From an uncultured Bifidobacteriaceae bacterium (GTDB lineage: Bacteria; Actinomycetota; Acidimicrobiia; IMCC26256; DASPTH01): DNA of 64,000 nucleotides. Shown here in pieces: positions 44,620-54,763 of this stretch. Both the position numbers and the translations under genes were made by a program. Positions within the stretch are counted from its first letter, which is position 1. Each line of letters opens with the position of its first letter. Under the pieces are notes generated by a model. That model was not told the origin of the DNA and did not search any database. It worked only from the letters and a program-made list of their open reading frames with translations. The stretch spans positions 49,158-113,157 of the forward strand of contig CAZDJK010000010.1 of assembly GCA_964505725.1 (NCBI GenBank), given 5' to 3'.

Positions 44620-45300
44620 GTGCCCGAAGAGAAGGCGCCGACCGACCGCGCGGTCGAGCTCATCCTCTACGCGCCACTCGGTGCCGCGATGTACGCGCGC
44701 GACATGTTCCCGACGATGCTCGGCATCTTCGTGAGCCGCGGCAAGCGCGAGGTGCAGTCCCGCCAGCCGACGAGGCCGTCGGCCCCGAACCCCGATGAGG
44801 TACGCAGCCGCGTCGAGGACGGTCTCGGCGCCGCGAAGGGCGCGGCGGCCGGGGGAGTCGAGATCGCCAAGGGCGCCGCCGCCGGCGGAGTGGACATCGC
44901 CAAGGGCGCCGCCGCCGGCGGAGTCGAGATGGCGAAGGGCGCGGCCGCGACCGGTGTGGGGCTCGCGCGCGACGTGGCGGGTACCGCGCTCGCGGGGTTC
45001 CTCCAACGGCGCGCCAGCGAGCCGGCACCGCGGCCGACGCAGCCTGCTCGCGGCACACCCGGCCCCTCGAGCGACGCGGCGGCGGCCGCGCCCTCGGCAC
45101 CGGCGGCCGACACGCCCGTGCCGCCCGACGCACCCGACGTCGACTCGCTGCCGATCCCGGGATACGACGAGCTGTCCGCGTCGCAGGTCGTCGAGCGACT
45201 CGAGGGCCTCGACGGCCCGTCGCTCGACGCGATCCGCCGCTACGAGACGGCCCACCGCGGTCGCAACACGATCCTCGGCAAGATCGCCCAGCTGTCCTGA
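44620..45300 (+). CDS. Hypothetical protein with four 11-aa Ala/Gly-rich tandem repeats and a conserved C-terminal helical segment
   Basis: GTG at 44620 follows ggaaagggagg. The repeats are AKGAAAGGVEI / AKGAAAGGVDI / AKGAAAGGVEM / AKGAAATGVGL. The C-terminal IPGYDELSASQVVERL...RNTILGKIAQL recalls actinobacterial proteins sometimes annotated as lipid-droplet-associated. This is a weak recollection. Confidence 0.5.
   Translation: MPEEKAPTDRAVELILYAPLGAAMYARDMFPTMLGIFVSRGKREVQSRQPTRPSAPNPDEVRSRVEDGLGAAKGAAAGGVEIAKGAAAGGVDIAKGAAAGGVEMAKGAAATGVGLARDVAGTALAGFLQRRASEPAPRPTQPARGTPGPSSDAAAAAPSAPAADTPVPPDAPDVDSLPIPGYDELSASQVVERLEGLDGPSLDAIRRYETAHRGRNTILGKIAQLS
44833..44964. repeat. 33-bp tandem repeat x4 (coding, in frame)
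   Basis: Read from the DNA. The units start at 44833, 44866, 44899 and 44932 and encode the AKGAAAGGV(E/D)(I/M) repeats. Confidence 0.85.
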
Positions 45301-45301
45301 G

Positions 45302-45790
45302 GTGGAAGCGAGCCGACCGGCCCGCGCCGAAGACATCCCGCGCGTCGTCGAGTTGGCGCGCGCAATGCGCGCGGAGCTCGCTCCGATGAGGGGGGGCGAG
45401 CGTCTGCTCGATCACGAGGCATGGCCCGAGCCGCTCGACGACGCCTATCGTCGGCTGCTCGACCGCACTGACGCGCGGCTCGTGGTCGGCACCATCGACG
45501 ACGTCGTCCTCGGCTTCGCCGCGCTCGTCGTCGAACCGCTCGCTTCAGGGCGTCTGCTGGCGGTGGTCACCGATCTGTTCGTCGAGCCCGAGGCGCGCGA
45601 GGTCGGGATCGGCGAGGCGATGCTCGAGCAGCTCGTCGACCACGCGCGAGCCGAGGGCTGCGTGGGGATCGACGCCCGGGCCCTGCCGGGACACCGCGCG
45701 GCGAAGAACTTCTTCGAGGACCAGGGGTTCACCGCCCGCGCCCTCGTGATGCACCAGGACCTGAGCCGGAGTCGACCGCCGACACCCTGA
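45302..45790 (+). CDS. GNAT family N-acetyltransferase
   Basis: GTG at 45302 is 2 nt after the previous stop, in the tail of track ORF 44795..45790. It has the acetyl-CoA motif EAREVGIGEAMLEQLVDHARAEG. Confidence 0.75.
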   Translation: MEASRPARAEDIPRVVELARAMRAELAPMRGGERLLDHEAWPEPLDDAYRRLLDRTDARLVVGTIDDVVLGFAALVVEPLASGRLLAVVTDLFVEPEAREVGIGEAMLEQLVDHARAEGCVGIDARALPGHRAAKNFFEDQGFTARALVMHQDLSRSRPPTP

Positions 45791-45899
45791 GCGCCGGCCG
45801 GTGGGGCTACCACCAACCCCGGGGGCGTGCTGCCGGCCTTGCGCGCGAACGCGGCGAGACCGCGGAATTGGGGTCAGTCGACGTTGAGGGGCCGGTGGA

Positions 45900-48287
45900 T
45901 TGAGCGCGCTGGGCATGGTGGCGCGGTGCGAGATGCGGCGACGCCGCGGTTCGCTGCTGCTGCTGACGCTGCTCGTCGGCGTGATCGGCGCGGTCGTGCT
46001 CGCGGTGGCCGCGGGCGCCCGGCGCAGCGACTCGTCGCTCGCGCGGTTCAACGCCTACAGCCGGTCGGCCGACGTCGAGCTCTACATCAAGGACCCCACG
46101 CCCGCGCAGCTTCGTGCGCTGCGGCACGCGCCGTCGATCCGGGACGTGGCCGAGCTCTACGGTTTCGCAGTCCAGTCGGATCGGTTCCCCGACCTCGCCA
46201 TCGCGGGCGCAGTCGACGAGCGGTTCGGCCGCACGGTCGACCGCCCCGAGCTGGTCGCGGGACGCCTCGCCAACCCCGGCCGCGCCGACGAGATCACGAT
46301 CGGCGAGGGCCTCCAGGCCCAGCAGCATCTCCGAGTCGGTGACCGCATCACCCTCAGCTCGTTCACACCCGAGCAGATCGCGACCTACGAGGCCGGCGGG
46401 AACGGGGGACCGGCGGCCGGCCCGACGACCCGGCTCCGCATCGTCGGGATCGTGCGCCGCCCCCTCGACCTCGGTGACCGCGCCGCGACCGGCGGCGTGA
46501 CCGTGATGACCCCCGCGTTCACCGGCCGCTACCGCGACGACATCGGTACCTTCATCGGCTCCGTGCTCCGGATCCGGGCGCGCCACGGCGCGGCGGGCGT
46601 GCCGGAGGTGCTCGCGACCGTGCGGTCCGTCTTCGGGCGCTCGGCGGGCTTCAACCTGCAGTCGCTCGCGATCGAGAGCCAGGGCGCGCAAGATGCGATC
46701 AACGTGCTCACGGTCGCGCTCTGGATCTTCGCTGGGGTCGCCGCGCTCGCCGGGACGGTCGCCGTCGTCATCATCCTGTCGCGCGAGCTCGTGATCCTGA
46801 ACGCCGACCAACCGACGCTCCGCGCGCTCGGCCTGAACAAGCGTCAGCGCATCTTGCTGAGCGCGCCCCTCGGCGCGCTCGTCGCGTCGGGCGGCGCGCT
46901 CCTGGCATGCGTCGGAGCAATCGCACTATCGCCACTGTTCCCGATCGGGGTCGCCAGCCGCGCTGACCCCGACGTCGGCTTGCACGCGGACTGGACGGTG
47001 CTCGTCGTCGGTGCCGCGGCACTCGTCGCGGTGGTGCTCGCCATCACCGCGGCGGTGGCGCTCCGTGTCACCTGGCAGGCCTCCCACCCGGACGTGCCGG
47101 CCGCCCGCGCGCGTACGTCGCGCCTCGCCGACATCGCGACCGCGTTCGGCCTCGCGCCCTCGGCGACCACCGGTCTGCGGATGGCGTTCCAGCCCGGCCA
47201 GTGGCCGCGCTCGGTTCCCGTGCGATCCGCGCTGTTGGGCGCGGTCGTCGGCGTGCTCGGCGTCACTTCGCTGTCGGTGTTCGCGGCCAACGTGCACACA
47301 CTGCGCGTCACGCCGGCGCGCTACGGGTGGACGTGGGACTTCGCGGTCGAAGACCAGAGCGGCAACGCGGCATGCGTGCTGCAACACCCGGCGCTGGAGC
47401 AGGTTCCCGGCGTTGGGGCGTTGGCCTCGGTGTGCACGCAGTCGGTCCAGCTCGACGGCTCGCCCGTGAGCGCGTGGGGCATCGCCCGGCTGCGGGGGAG
47501 CATCCGACCGGCGATCGTCGCGGGACGGGCGCCGCGCAACCGGGGCGAGGTCGCGCTCGGCGCGGTCACCCTGGACCGGCTCGGCAAGCGGATCGGGGAC
47601 CACGTGCGGGGGAGGGGCCCGAACGGCGCCGTCACGTACCTGATCGTGGGGCGCATGGTGTTGCCCATCATGTCGGAGTCGCAGCCGCTCGCGGACGGCG
47701 CGCTCCTGACCGCGCGCGGCTTCGACCGTGTCTTCGATCCGAGCTCCAACCAGACCGGTTACTACCTGGGCCGGTTCAGCCCCGGCGCCGACCGCGCTGC
47801 GGTCGCGCGTCGGATCAGCACCGACCGATCCCTGACCGGCTTCACCGGCCCCATGGTGTCGGTGGAGGTGGGGCGATTGGGCGAGATCGACTGGTTCCCA
47901 CTCACGCTCGCCGCGCTCCTCACCTCACTGGCCCTCCTCGCGGTGGGCCACGCGCTGGTCACCTCGGTCCGGAGGCGCCGTCACGATCTCGCGGTGCTGA
48001 AGACGCTCGGCTTCGAGCGGCGCCAGGTACGCGCCGCGGTCGCGTGGGAGGCAACGGCGTTGGCGGTCGTCGGCGTCCTCGTGGGCCTCCCGATCGGCGT
48101 CGTCGTGGGCGGGCGGGCGTGGATGCTCCTCGCCGACGACCTCGGGGTTGCGTCGTCGTGGTCGGTTCCGGCCTGGGCCGTCGTCGGCGTGGTGGCGGGC
48201 GCACTCGTCCTCGTCAACGCGGTCGCGTGGTTCCCAGCACGCGCGGCCGCCCGCACCCGGCCCGCGATCGCGCTCCGGGCGGAGTAG
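45900..48287 (+). CDS. ABC transporter permease, FtsX/MacB-type with two FtsX domains
   Basis: Track ORF 45900..48287 (795 aa; TTG start, alternative ATG at 45915). It has an N-terminal TM helix followed by an extracytoplasmic domain, repeated twice, with 4-TM FtsX-like bundles. No ATPase gene is adjacent. Confidence 0.7.
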   Translation: MSALGMVARCEMRRRRGSLLLLTLLVGVIGAVVLAVAAGARRSDSSLARFNAYSRSADVELYIKDPTPAQLRALRHAPSIRDVAELYGFAVQSDRFPDLAIAGAVDERFGRTVDRPELVAGRLANPGRADEITIGEGLQAQQHLRVGDRITLSSFTPEQIATYEAGGNGGPAAGPTTRLRIVGIVRRPLDLGDRAATGGVTVMTPAFTGRYRDDIGTFIGSVLRIRARHGAAGVPEVLATVRSVFGRSAGFNLQSLAIESQGAQDAINVLTVALWIFAGVAALAGTVAVVIILSRELVILNADQPTLRALGLNKRQRILLSAPLGALVASGGALLACVGAIALSPLFPIGVASRADPDVGLHADWTVLVVGAAALVAVVLAITAAVALRVTWQASHPDVPAARARTSRLADIATAFGLAPSATTGLRMAFQPGQWPRSVPVRSALLGAVVGVLGVTSLSVFAANVHTLRVTPARYGWTWDFAVEDQSGNAACVLQHPALEQVPGVGALASVCTQSVQLDGSPVSAWGIARLRGSIRPAIVAGRAPRNRGEVALGAVTLDRLGKRIGDHVRGRGPNGAVTYLIVGRMVLPIMSESQPLADGALLTARGFDRVFDPSSNQTGYYLGRFSPGADRAAVARRISTDRSLTGFTGPMVSVEVGRLGEIDWFPLTLAALLTSLALLAVGHALVTSVRRRRHDLAVLKTLGFERRQVRAAVAWEATALAVVGVLVGLPIGVVVGGRAWMLLADDLGVASSWSVPAWAVVGVVAGALVLVNAVAWFPARAAARTRPAIALRAE

Positions 48288-48402
48288 CGGCGCGGGGGAG
48301 TAAGAAGAGCGCGATGAACGAGGCGCCCGGACAGTGGAACGGCACGCAGGTTGATTTCGACTCGGACCCGGCCGCCGACGGCTGGGGGCGGGTGCGAACC
48401 TG

Positions 48403-49323
48403 ATGCACATCGGGATCAGCCGCCCGCCGACGCCACCGGAGCCCATACCCGACGTCGACGGCTCCTACGTCGCCGCGTACGCGGAGGAGCTCGGCTTCGA
48501 GTCGGTCTTCTACGGCGAGCACCCGGTCCGGCCGGTCGGCGAGCCGGGCGTCGGCGTCCACGCGCCCGGCGTCCCGTTCTTCCAGGACACGCTCGTCACC
48601 CTCGCGCGAGCGTCGGCCCGCACCACCCGCATCAGGCTCGGCAGCGCGGTGTTCCTCATCCCCCAGCACCATCCGGTGCTGTTCGCCAAGCAGCTCGCCT
48701 CGCTCGACTTCTACAGCGGGGGACGGCTCGTCATCGGCGCCGGCGTGGGCTGGAGCCGGGTCGAGTGCGAGACCAACGGCGGCAATTTCGACCGGCGCTG
48801 GGCGCAGTCGCTCGAGATTGTCGAGATCATGAAGAGGCTCTGGCGCGAGGAAACGGTCGAGTTCCACGGGGAGTTCTACGACTTCCCGCCGGTGCAGCTG
48901 TTCCCGAAACCGGCCACCGACGTGACGCCCCCCGTGCTCCTCGGTGTCCGCCCGCCGGCCGACGATGCCGCGACTCCGCCGGTCGGGTTCCGGCGCATCG
49001 CCCGCGCCGCCGACGGCTGGATCCCGGCATTCGTGGGCCAGGAGGCCATCAGCCGCGGCCCCGACGTCGTCGCCACCGGCCGCCGACTCCTCGCGCAGCT
49101 CGCGCCCGAGCACGGACGCGATCCGGACGACTTCCAGATCACGGCGATCCTGCGGTCCGACCTCGTCGACGGCGACATGCGGGCCGCGGTTCCGGTCGGA
49201 CGGGACGTCCTTCGTCGCTACGAGAACGCCGGCACCGAACGGGTGGCGATCTCCCTGCCGACGCTCACGAACGAGGCCGACGCCCGAGCGGCGCTGGAGC
49301 AGATCGCCGAGGCGTCGCTGTAG
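48403..49323 (+). CDS. Luciferase-like monooxygenase (LLM) class oxidoreductase, probably F420-dependent
   Basis: Track ORF 48403..49323 (306 aa). It has a TIM-barrel LLM pattern (FESVFYGEHP, RLGSAVFLIPQHHP, GGRLVIGAGVGW). The cofactor assignment is inferred from family resemblance only. Confidence 0.65.
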   Translation: MHIGISRPPTPPEPIPDVDGSYVAAYAEELGFESVFYGEHPVRPVGEPGVGVHAPGVPFFQDTLVTLARASARTTRIRLGSAVFLIPQHHPVLFAKQLASLDFYSGGRLVIGAGVGWSRVECETNGGNFDRRWAQSLEIVEIMKRLWREETVEFHGEFYDFPPVQLFPKPATDVTPPVLLGVRPPADDAATPPVGFRRIARAADGWIPAFVGQEAISRGPDVVATGRRLLAQLAPEHGRDPDDFQITAILRSDLVDGDMRAAVPVGRDVLRRYENAGTERVAISLPTLTNEADARAALEQIAEASL

Positions 49324-49463
49324 CGACACCTTCCCGCCTCACCCATCCTGCGCCGATCCCAGCACCGCCCATAATCCTCGTTATGTCAAATACCCAGAGT
49401 GGGGGCTGCCGCGGGCCGCAGCCGGGACCTGGGGTGAGCGCCCCTCCCCCGAGGGCTCGGCGC

Positions 49464-50360
49464 TCAGGTGGGCAGGCAGCGCTCGAGGTCCTCGAGCGAG
49501 GGTGCGAAGTAGAACGAGCCGCTCACGGGCCGGGTGAAGTCGGTCAGGCGGTCGTGGAGGCCGTCACCGGTGCGGCCGAACATGCGGTCCAGCATCCTGG
49601 TGAACCGGCTCCGATCCGCGCTGAAGGCGACGAAGTACAGCCCGTGCTCCCCCACCGTCCCGTAGGGGACGCTGCGACGGTAGATCTCGAGCTCCTCGCC
49701 GTCCTCCTCGATCACCACGCGAGCGATGTGCGCGGTGGGCGGCTTGGGGTCGAGCTCGAGGCTGTCGGGCTTCGTGCGCCCGATGGTGGCCTCCTGGTCC
49801 TCGACCGACAGCGCGTGGAACGCGGCAAGGTCGTGGATCCAGCGCATGGTGATCACGTGCGATCCGCCGGCCCCCGGCTCGCCGTCGGGGATGATCGCGA
49901 CCTCGGTCGCCGTCTCGACCGGCGGGTTCTCGGTGCCGTCGATGAAGCCGGTGAGGTCGCGGCTGTCCCGGTAGACGAATCCCGGCTGCTCGAGCGCGAG
50001 GGTGGCGATCGGGGCGAGCGCGGCGGCCACCGCACGTGCGACGTCGAGCTCGACGTCCTCTCCGGTGCCGTGCGTCCACACCCAGAGGTCGTGCTGCGTC
50101 GCCGGCACGCGCCTCCCCTCGCCCTCGACCGCCTCGAAGGGCGAGAGTGAGTCGGGCGCGGCGTCCGGTTCCAGCCACTGCCAGAGCGTGGCGCCGAAGC
50201 CGACGACGATGTTCGACCCTCCCACGGTCACCGCGGGCTCGCGCAGACCGTGGAGCGCGGCACGGATCTGGTCGTCGGTCACGCCGGCCCGCAGGTCGAG
50301 CTCGAGGTGGAAGTGCGAGCGGGTCCCCTGGGCGAAGATGCCCGGCTGTGGCGTGGCGAT
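49464..50360 (-). CDS. Dyp-type peroxidase
   Basis: Tail of track ORF 49464..50561. It has TPQPGIF near the N-terminus and the GxxDG motif (GFIDGTENP). The conserved protein begins about at IATPQPGIF. The only nearby candidate start is ATC at 50360, 5 nt after aagggagg. The canonical start at 50561 would overlap gcvP by 158 nt. Confidence 0.8.
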   Translation of the reverse strand: MATPQPGIFAQGTRSHFHLELDLRAGVTDDQIRAALHGLREPAVTVGGSNIVVGFGATLWQWLEPDAAPDSLSPFEAVEGEGRRVPATQHDLWVWTHGTGEDVELDVARAVAAALAPIATLALEQPGFVYRDSRDLTGFIDGTENPPVETATEVAIIPDGEPGAGGSHVITMRWIHDLAAFHALSVEDQEATIGRTKPDSLELDPKPPTAHIARVVIEEDGEELEIYRRSVPYGTVGEHGLYFVAFSADRSRFTRMLDRMFGRTGDGLHDRLTDFTRPVSGSFYFAPSLEDLERCLPT

Positions 50361-50403
50361 GACGTCCTCCCTTCTCCGCGCTCGGTGCTCGCCCGGTGAC
50401 CGA

Positions 50404-53229
50404 TCAGTCGGTGTACGCCGAGAGCGGCGGGCACGAGCACATGAGGTTGCGGTCGCCGTAGGCGCCGTCGATGCGCGACACCGGCGGCCAGTACTTGTCC
50501 GCCGCCACCACCCCGGCCGGGAACGCGGCCTGCTCGCGTGAGTACGCGCGCGCCCAACCATCGGTCGCGGTGTCGGCTGCGGGGTGGGGCGCGTGGCGCA
50601 GCGGGCTCTCGTCGACGCTCCAACTGCCCGACTCGACCGCCGCGATCTCGGCCCGGATGGCGATCATGGCGTCGCAGAAGCGGTCGAGCTCGGCGAGGTC
50701 CTCGGATTCGGTCGGTTCCACCATCAGGGTCCCCGCCACCGGGAACGAAAGCGTCGGCGCGTGGAAGCCGTAGTCGATGAGGCGCTTGGCCACGTCCTCG
50801 GCGCTCACCCCCGTCGCCTGTGTTATCTGGCGCAGGTCGAGGATGCACTCGTGCGCCACGAGCCCTTCGGAACCCGTGTAGAGGACCGGGTAGTGCGGCG
50901 CGAGCCGGTACGCGAGGTAGTTGGCGTTCAGGATCGCGACCTCGGTGGCGCGCCGCAGGCCGTCCGGGCCCATCAGCATGATGTACGCCGCGGGAATGGG
51001 CAGGATCCCGGCCGAACCGTGGGGCGCGCCGGCGACGTGCTCGGGGAGGAACGGCGCGAGGTGCGCGCGCACCGCGACCGGGCCCACTCCCGGGCCGCCG
51101 CCGCCGTGGGGGATGCAGAACGTCTTGTGCAGGTTGAGGTGGGACACGTCGGCGCCGAAGCGCGCCGGCCGCGCGATCCCGACGAGCGCGTTCAGGTTCG
51201 CGCCGTCGAGGTACACCTGGCCGCCGTGCTCGTGCACGGTCGCGCAGACATCGCGGACGTGCGCCTCGAACACGCCGTGGGTCGACGGATACGTGATCAT
51301 GAGCGCGGCAAGGTCCGACGCGTGCTCCTGGACCTTGGCCCGGAGATCCTCGAGGTCGACGTTGCCGTCGTCGTCGCACTTGACCACGACCACGCGCATG
51401 CCGGCCATCACCGCGCTGGCGGCGTTGGTGCCGTGCGCGGACTCCGGGATCAGGCACACCGTGCGGGCGAGGTCACCCCGGCTCGCGTGATAGGCGCGGA
51501 TGGCCAGCAGGCCCGCGAGCTCGCCCTGTGAGCCCGCGTTGGGTTGCAGCGACACCGAGTCGTAGCCGGTGATCTCGCACAGCGCGGCTTCCAGCTCGGC
51601 GAAGAGCTCCTTGTAGCCCTGCGCCTGCTCCTCGGGCACGAAGGGGTGCAGGTCGGCGAACTCCGGCCACGTGATCGGCGTCATCTCGGTGGTGCCGTTG
51701 AGCTTCATCGTGCACGAGCCGAGCGGGATCATCGTGCGGTCGAGGGCGAGATCGCGGTCGGCGAGCCGGCGGAGGTACCGCAGCATCTGGGTCTCGGAGT
51801 GGTACGTGTGGAACACCGGGTGGATCAGGATGTCGGACCGCCGCCGCCACCACGGCATCACCAGCGTCTCGCCGTACACGCCGTCCTCCGGCGGCTCGAC
51901 CCCGAACGCCCGCACCACCTCGCGCACGACGACGTCGGTGGTGGTCTCGTCGAGCGTGACACCCACGCGGTCCGCGTCGACACGACGAAGGTTGATCCCG
52001 CGCGCGAGCGCCGCGGCGACGACGGCGTCGGCTCGACCGGGGACGAGCGCGGTCACGGTGTCGAACCAAGGGCCGGGAGCGAGGTCGACGCCCCCCTCAC
52101 GCAACAGGAGCGAGAGCTCGTTGGTGAGGTGATGGACCCGCTCCGCGATCGCGCGCAGGCCGTCGGGGCCGTGGTAGACCGCGTAGAAGCCCGCGATGTT
52201 GGCGAGGAGCACCTGCGCGGTGCAGATGTTGCTCGTGGCCTTCTCGCGGCGGATGTGCTGCTCCCGTGTCTGCAACGCGAGGCGGAGCGCGGGGCGGCCG
52301 GCGGCGTCGACCGACACGCCCACAAGGCGGCCGGGGAGCTGGCGGCGGTACTCGTCGCGCGTGGCGATGAACCCGGCGTGCGGGCCGCCGTAGCCCATCG
52401 GGACGCCGAAGCGCTGCGCGGACCCCACCACCACGTCGGCGCCCCACTCCCCCGGCGGCACCACGATGACCAGCGCGAGCAGGTCGGTCGCGACCGCGAC
52501 GAGCGTGCCCTGCGCGTGGAGGCTCGCGACGAGCTCGTGGTGGTCCCGGATGACGCCGGTGGTGCCCGGGTACTGGAGCAGCACGCCGAACACGCCCTCT
52601 GCGGGCATGTCGGGCTCGGGATCGCCGACGGTGACGTGGATGCCGACCGGCTCGGCCCGCGTGCGGACGACCTCGATGGTCTGCGGATGGCACTCGCGGT
52701 CCACGAAGAAGGTGTCGCCCGCCTTCGCGTTCACCCGGTGCAACAACGCCATCGCCTCCGCGGCGGCGGTGGGCTCGTCGAGCAGCGAGGCGTTCGCGAG
52801 GTCCATCGCGGTGAGGTCGCTCACCATGGTCTGAAAATTGAGGAGCGCCTCCAGGCGGCCCTGGGAGATCTCGGGCTGGTACGGGGTGTACGCCGTGTAC
52901 CACGCCGGGTTCTCGAGCACGTTCCGGCGGATCACCGGCGGCGTGACGGTGTTGGCGTAGCCCATCCCGACGAGCGAGGTGAGCACCCGGTTGCGGCCGG
53001 CGAGCTCGCGCAACCGTTCGACGGTCCCGGCCTCGCTCCGCGCCGCCGGGAGACGGAGCTCGTCATGGTCGCGGATCGCCCGGGGCACGGCACGGTCGAC
53101 GAGCTCCTCGAGCGAGCCGATCTCCAGCGTCGCGAGCATGGCGTCGATCTCCGCGGGCGACGGCCCGATGTGCCGCGCCACGAAGTCGCCCAACGGTGCC
53201 TGCTTCGTCTCGCCCACCGATCGCTCCAC
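50404..53229 (-). CDS. gcvP: Glycine dehydrogenase (decarboxylating), glycine cleavage P protein
   Basis: Track ORF 50404..53229 (941 aa). It is a single-chain P protein (FVARHIGPS..., [21 protein letters not shown]). Confidence 0.95.
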   Translation of the reverse strand: MERSVGETKQAPLGDFVARHIGPSPAEIDAMLATLEIGSLEELVDRAVPRAIRDHDELRLPAARSEAGTVERLRELAGRNRVLTSLVGMGYANTVTPPVIRRNVLENPAWYTAYTPYQPEISQGRLEALLNFQTMVSDLTAMDLANASLLDEPTAAAEAMALLHRVNAKAGDTFFVDRECHPQTIEVVRTRAEPVGIHVTVGDPEPDMPAEGVFGVLLQYPGTTGVIRDHHELVASLHAQGTLVAVATDLLALVIVVPPGEWGADVVVGSAQRFGVPMGYGGPHAGFIATRDEYRRQLPGRLVGVSVDAAGRPALRLALQTREQHIRREKATSNICTAQVLLANIAGFYAVYHGPDGLRAIAERVHHLTNELSLLLREGGVDLAPGPWFDTVTALVPGRADAVVAAALARGINLRRVDADRVGVTLDETTTDVVVREVVRAFGVEPPEDGVYGETLVMPWWRRRSDILIHPVFHTYHSETQMLRYLRRLADRDLALDRTMIPLGSCTMKLNGTTEMTPITWPEFADLHPFVPEEQAQGYKELFAELEAALCEITGYDSVSLQPNAGSQGELAGLLAIRAYHASRGDLARTVCLIPESAHGTNAASAVMAGMRVVVVKCDDDGNVDLEDLRAKVQEHASDLAALMITYPSTHGVFEAHVRDVCATVHEHGGQVYLDGANLNALVGIARPARFGADVSHLNLHKTFCIPHGGGGPGVGPVAVRAHLAPFLPEHVAGAPHGSAGILPIPAAYIMLMGPDGLRRATEVAILNANYLAYRLAPHYPVLYTGSEGLVAHECILDLRQITQATGVSAEDVAKRLIDYGFHAPTLSFPVAGTLMVEPTESEDLAELDRFCDAMIAIRAEIAAVESGSWSVDESPLRHAPHPAADTATDGWARAYSREQAAFPAGVVAADKYWPPVSRIDGAYGDRNLMCSCPPLSAYTD

Positions 53230-53240
53230 GCCGGTCGAAT

Positions 53241-54317
53241 CTACCGGCGCACGAACGGCAGCTTCGTGACGGCCATGGCCGCCATCCGGCCACGCACGTC
53301 GACCGCGAGCTCCTCGCCGTCGGCGGTGTCGGGCGGCAGGAACGCCATCGCGACGCCGCGCCCGAGCACGGGCGAGAAGTTCCCGCTCGTGACCTCGCCC
53401 ACGACGGTGTCGCCCCTGAGCACGTGGTACCCGGCGCGGGGGAAGACGCGGTCCGCGCTCAGCAAACCCCGCAGGCGCCGTCGGACGCCGCGTTCACGTT
53501 CCGCCTCGAGCGGCGCCCGGCCGCGGAAGTCGCCCTTGTCCCAGCGGACCACCCACGACAGTCCCGCCTGGAGCGGCGTGATGCCAGGGCCGAGCTCGTG
53601 GCCGTGCAGTGGGAGACCGGCCTCGAGGCGCAGGGTGTCGCGGGCGCCGAGACCGGCGGGCGTAATGCCTGCCGCCAGCAGTGCCCGCCAGGTGGAGACG
53701 GCGTCGTCGGCGGGAACGTGGAGCTCCACGCCGTCCTCCCCCGTGTAGCCGGTGCCGGCGGTGTATCCGCCCGGCGGCGCGCCGCGTGCGACCGCGAACC
53801 GGGCGATGCCCGCGGACTCGTGGCTCACGGTCCCGAGGAGCTCACGGGCGCGGGGCCCCTGCACCGCGAGCACCGCACGGGTCGCGGTGATGTCCTCGAC
53901 CGCGCACTCCCCTCCCCCGCGGGTGTCCGCAGCGTCCGTGATCGCGGAGACGAGCGGTGTGGTGTTCGATGCATTCGGCATCACGAGGAACTCGCCGGGC
54001 GCGACCCACCACACGATGATGTCGTCGACCACGTGCGCGTCGTCGGGATCGAGCAGGTGCGTGTACTGCGCACGCCCGGGGCCGATGCGGTCGAGATCGT
54101 TCGTGAACGCCCACTGGAGCGTGGCGAACGCGCCAGCGCCCGCGACCCGCACCGACCCGAGGTGCGACACGTCGAACACGACCGCGCGGTCCCGGCACGC
54201 GCGATGCTCAGCGACGACTCCGGCGTACTGGATCGGCATCTCCCAACCGCCGAACTCGGCCATGCGCGCCCCGAGCTCGTGGTGCTCCGCGTCGAGCACG
54301 CTCCGACGGAGCACCAC
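53241..54317 (-). CDS. gcvT: Aminomethyltransferase, glycine cleavage T protein
   Basis: Track ORF 53241..54317 (358 aa). It has [25 protein letters not shown] and GYTGEDG. Confidence 0.9.
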   Translation of the reverse strand: MVLRRSVLDAEHHELGARMAEFGGWEMPIQYAGVVAEHRACRDRAVVFDVSHLGSVRVAGAGAFATLQWAFTNDLDRIGPGRAQYTHLLDPDDAHVVDDIIVWWVAPGEFLVMPNASNTTPLVSAITDAADTRGGGECAVEDITATRAVLAVQGPRARELLGTVSHESAGIARFAVARGAPPGGYTAGTGYTGEDGVELHVPADDAVSTWRALLAAGITPAGLGARDTLRLEAGLPLHGHELGPGITPLQAGLSWVVRWDKGDFRGRAPLEAERERGVRRRLRGLLSADRVFPRAGYHVLRGDTVVGEVTSGNFSPVLGRGVAMAFLPPDTADGEELAVDVRGRMAAMAVTKLPFVRR

Positions 54318-54318
54318 C

Positions 54319-54762
54319 TCAGGCCGACTCGGCGCGGTGGCCCGGCTGCGCGCGCGGTCCGAGATCGAACGGCAGCGCAGCCGCCGCGGAGTCGGCGTTC
54401 CCCTCCGCCGCGAGCTGCGACGGCGGTTCGAGCCCGTACTTCACCAGGAGCTGCAGGTAGTCGCGCTGGTACAGCACCTTGATCTGCACCTCTGGGTGCT
54501 GCTCCCGGAGCCGGCGCGCCTTGCGGTTCTTCTTCGTGACGAGCTTCTGGTTCAGCGTGGTGATCTCGATGTAGAGGTCATAGGCAGGCAGGTAGAAGTC
54601 GGGCGTGAACGCCTGCACGGGATTCCCGGTGCGGTCGCGTTCGAGCATGAAGGTACGGGGCTCGTAGTGCCACGTGATGCCGTAGAAATCGAGGAGCTTC
54701 GCGAACTGCCGCTCGGAATTGTGCGCAAAGCGCACGAGCTCGTGCGGGAGCTGCTCCGCGAT
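54319..54762 (-). CDS. Conserved hypothetical protein (in the position of mycobacterial Rv1831)
   Basis: Tail of track ORF 54319..55008. The well-composed part starts near EADIAEQLPHELVRFAHNSERQFAKLLDFYGITWHYEP. The candidate start is ATC at 54762, 5 nt after gggagg and 1 nt after the MerR stop. The alternative is GTG at 54735. Confidence 0.55.
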   Translation of the reverse strand: MAEQLPHELVRFAHNSERQFAKLLDFYGITWHYEPRTFMLERDRTGNPVQAFTPDFYLPAYDLYIEITTLNQKLVTKKNRKARRLREQHPEVQIKVLYQRDYLQLLVKYGLEPPSQLAAEGNADSAAAALPFDLGPRAQPGHRAESA

Positions 54763-54763
54763 G

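Noticed and set aside
48314-48403. A 29-codon upstream ORF (MNEAPGQWNGTQVDFDSDPAADGWGRVRT) whose stop overlaps the LLM oxidoreductase ATG (TGATG).
   Set aside because: The Shine-Dalgarno is weak, I recognise no family, and the ORF is the tail of a long shadow frame of the permease gene. I cannot distinguish it from chance in GC-rich DNA.
49464-50360. The Dyp peroxidase as encapsulin cargo.
   Set aside because: The C-terminus (SLEDLERCLPT) lacks the Gly/Ser/Leu-rich targeting-peptide pattern, and no encapsulin shell gene is adjacent.
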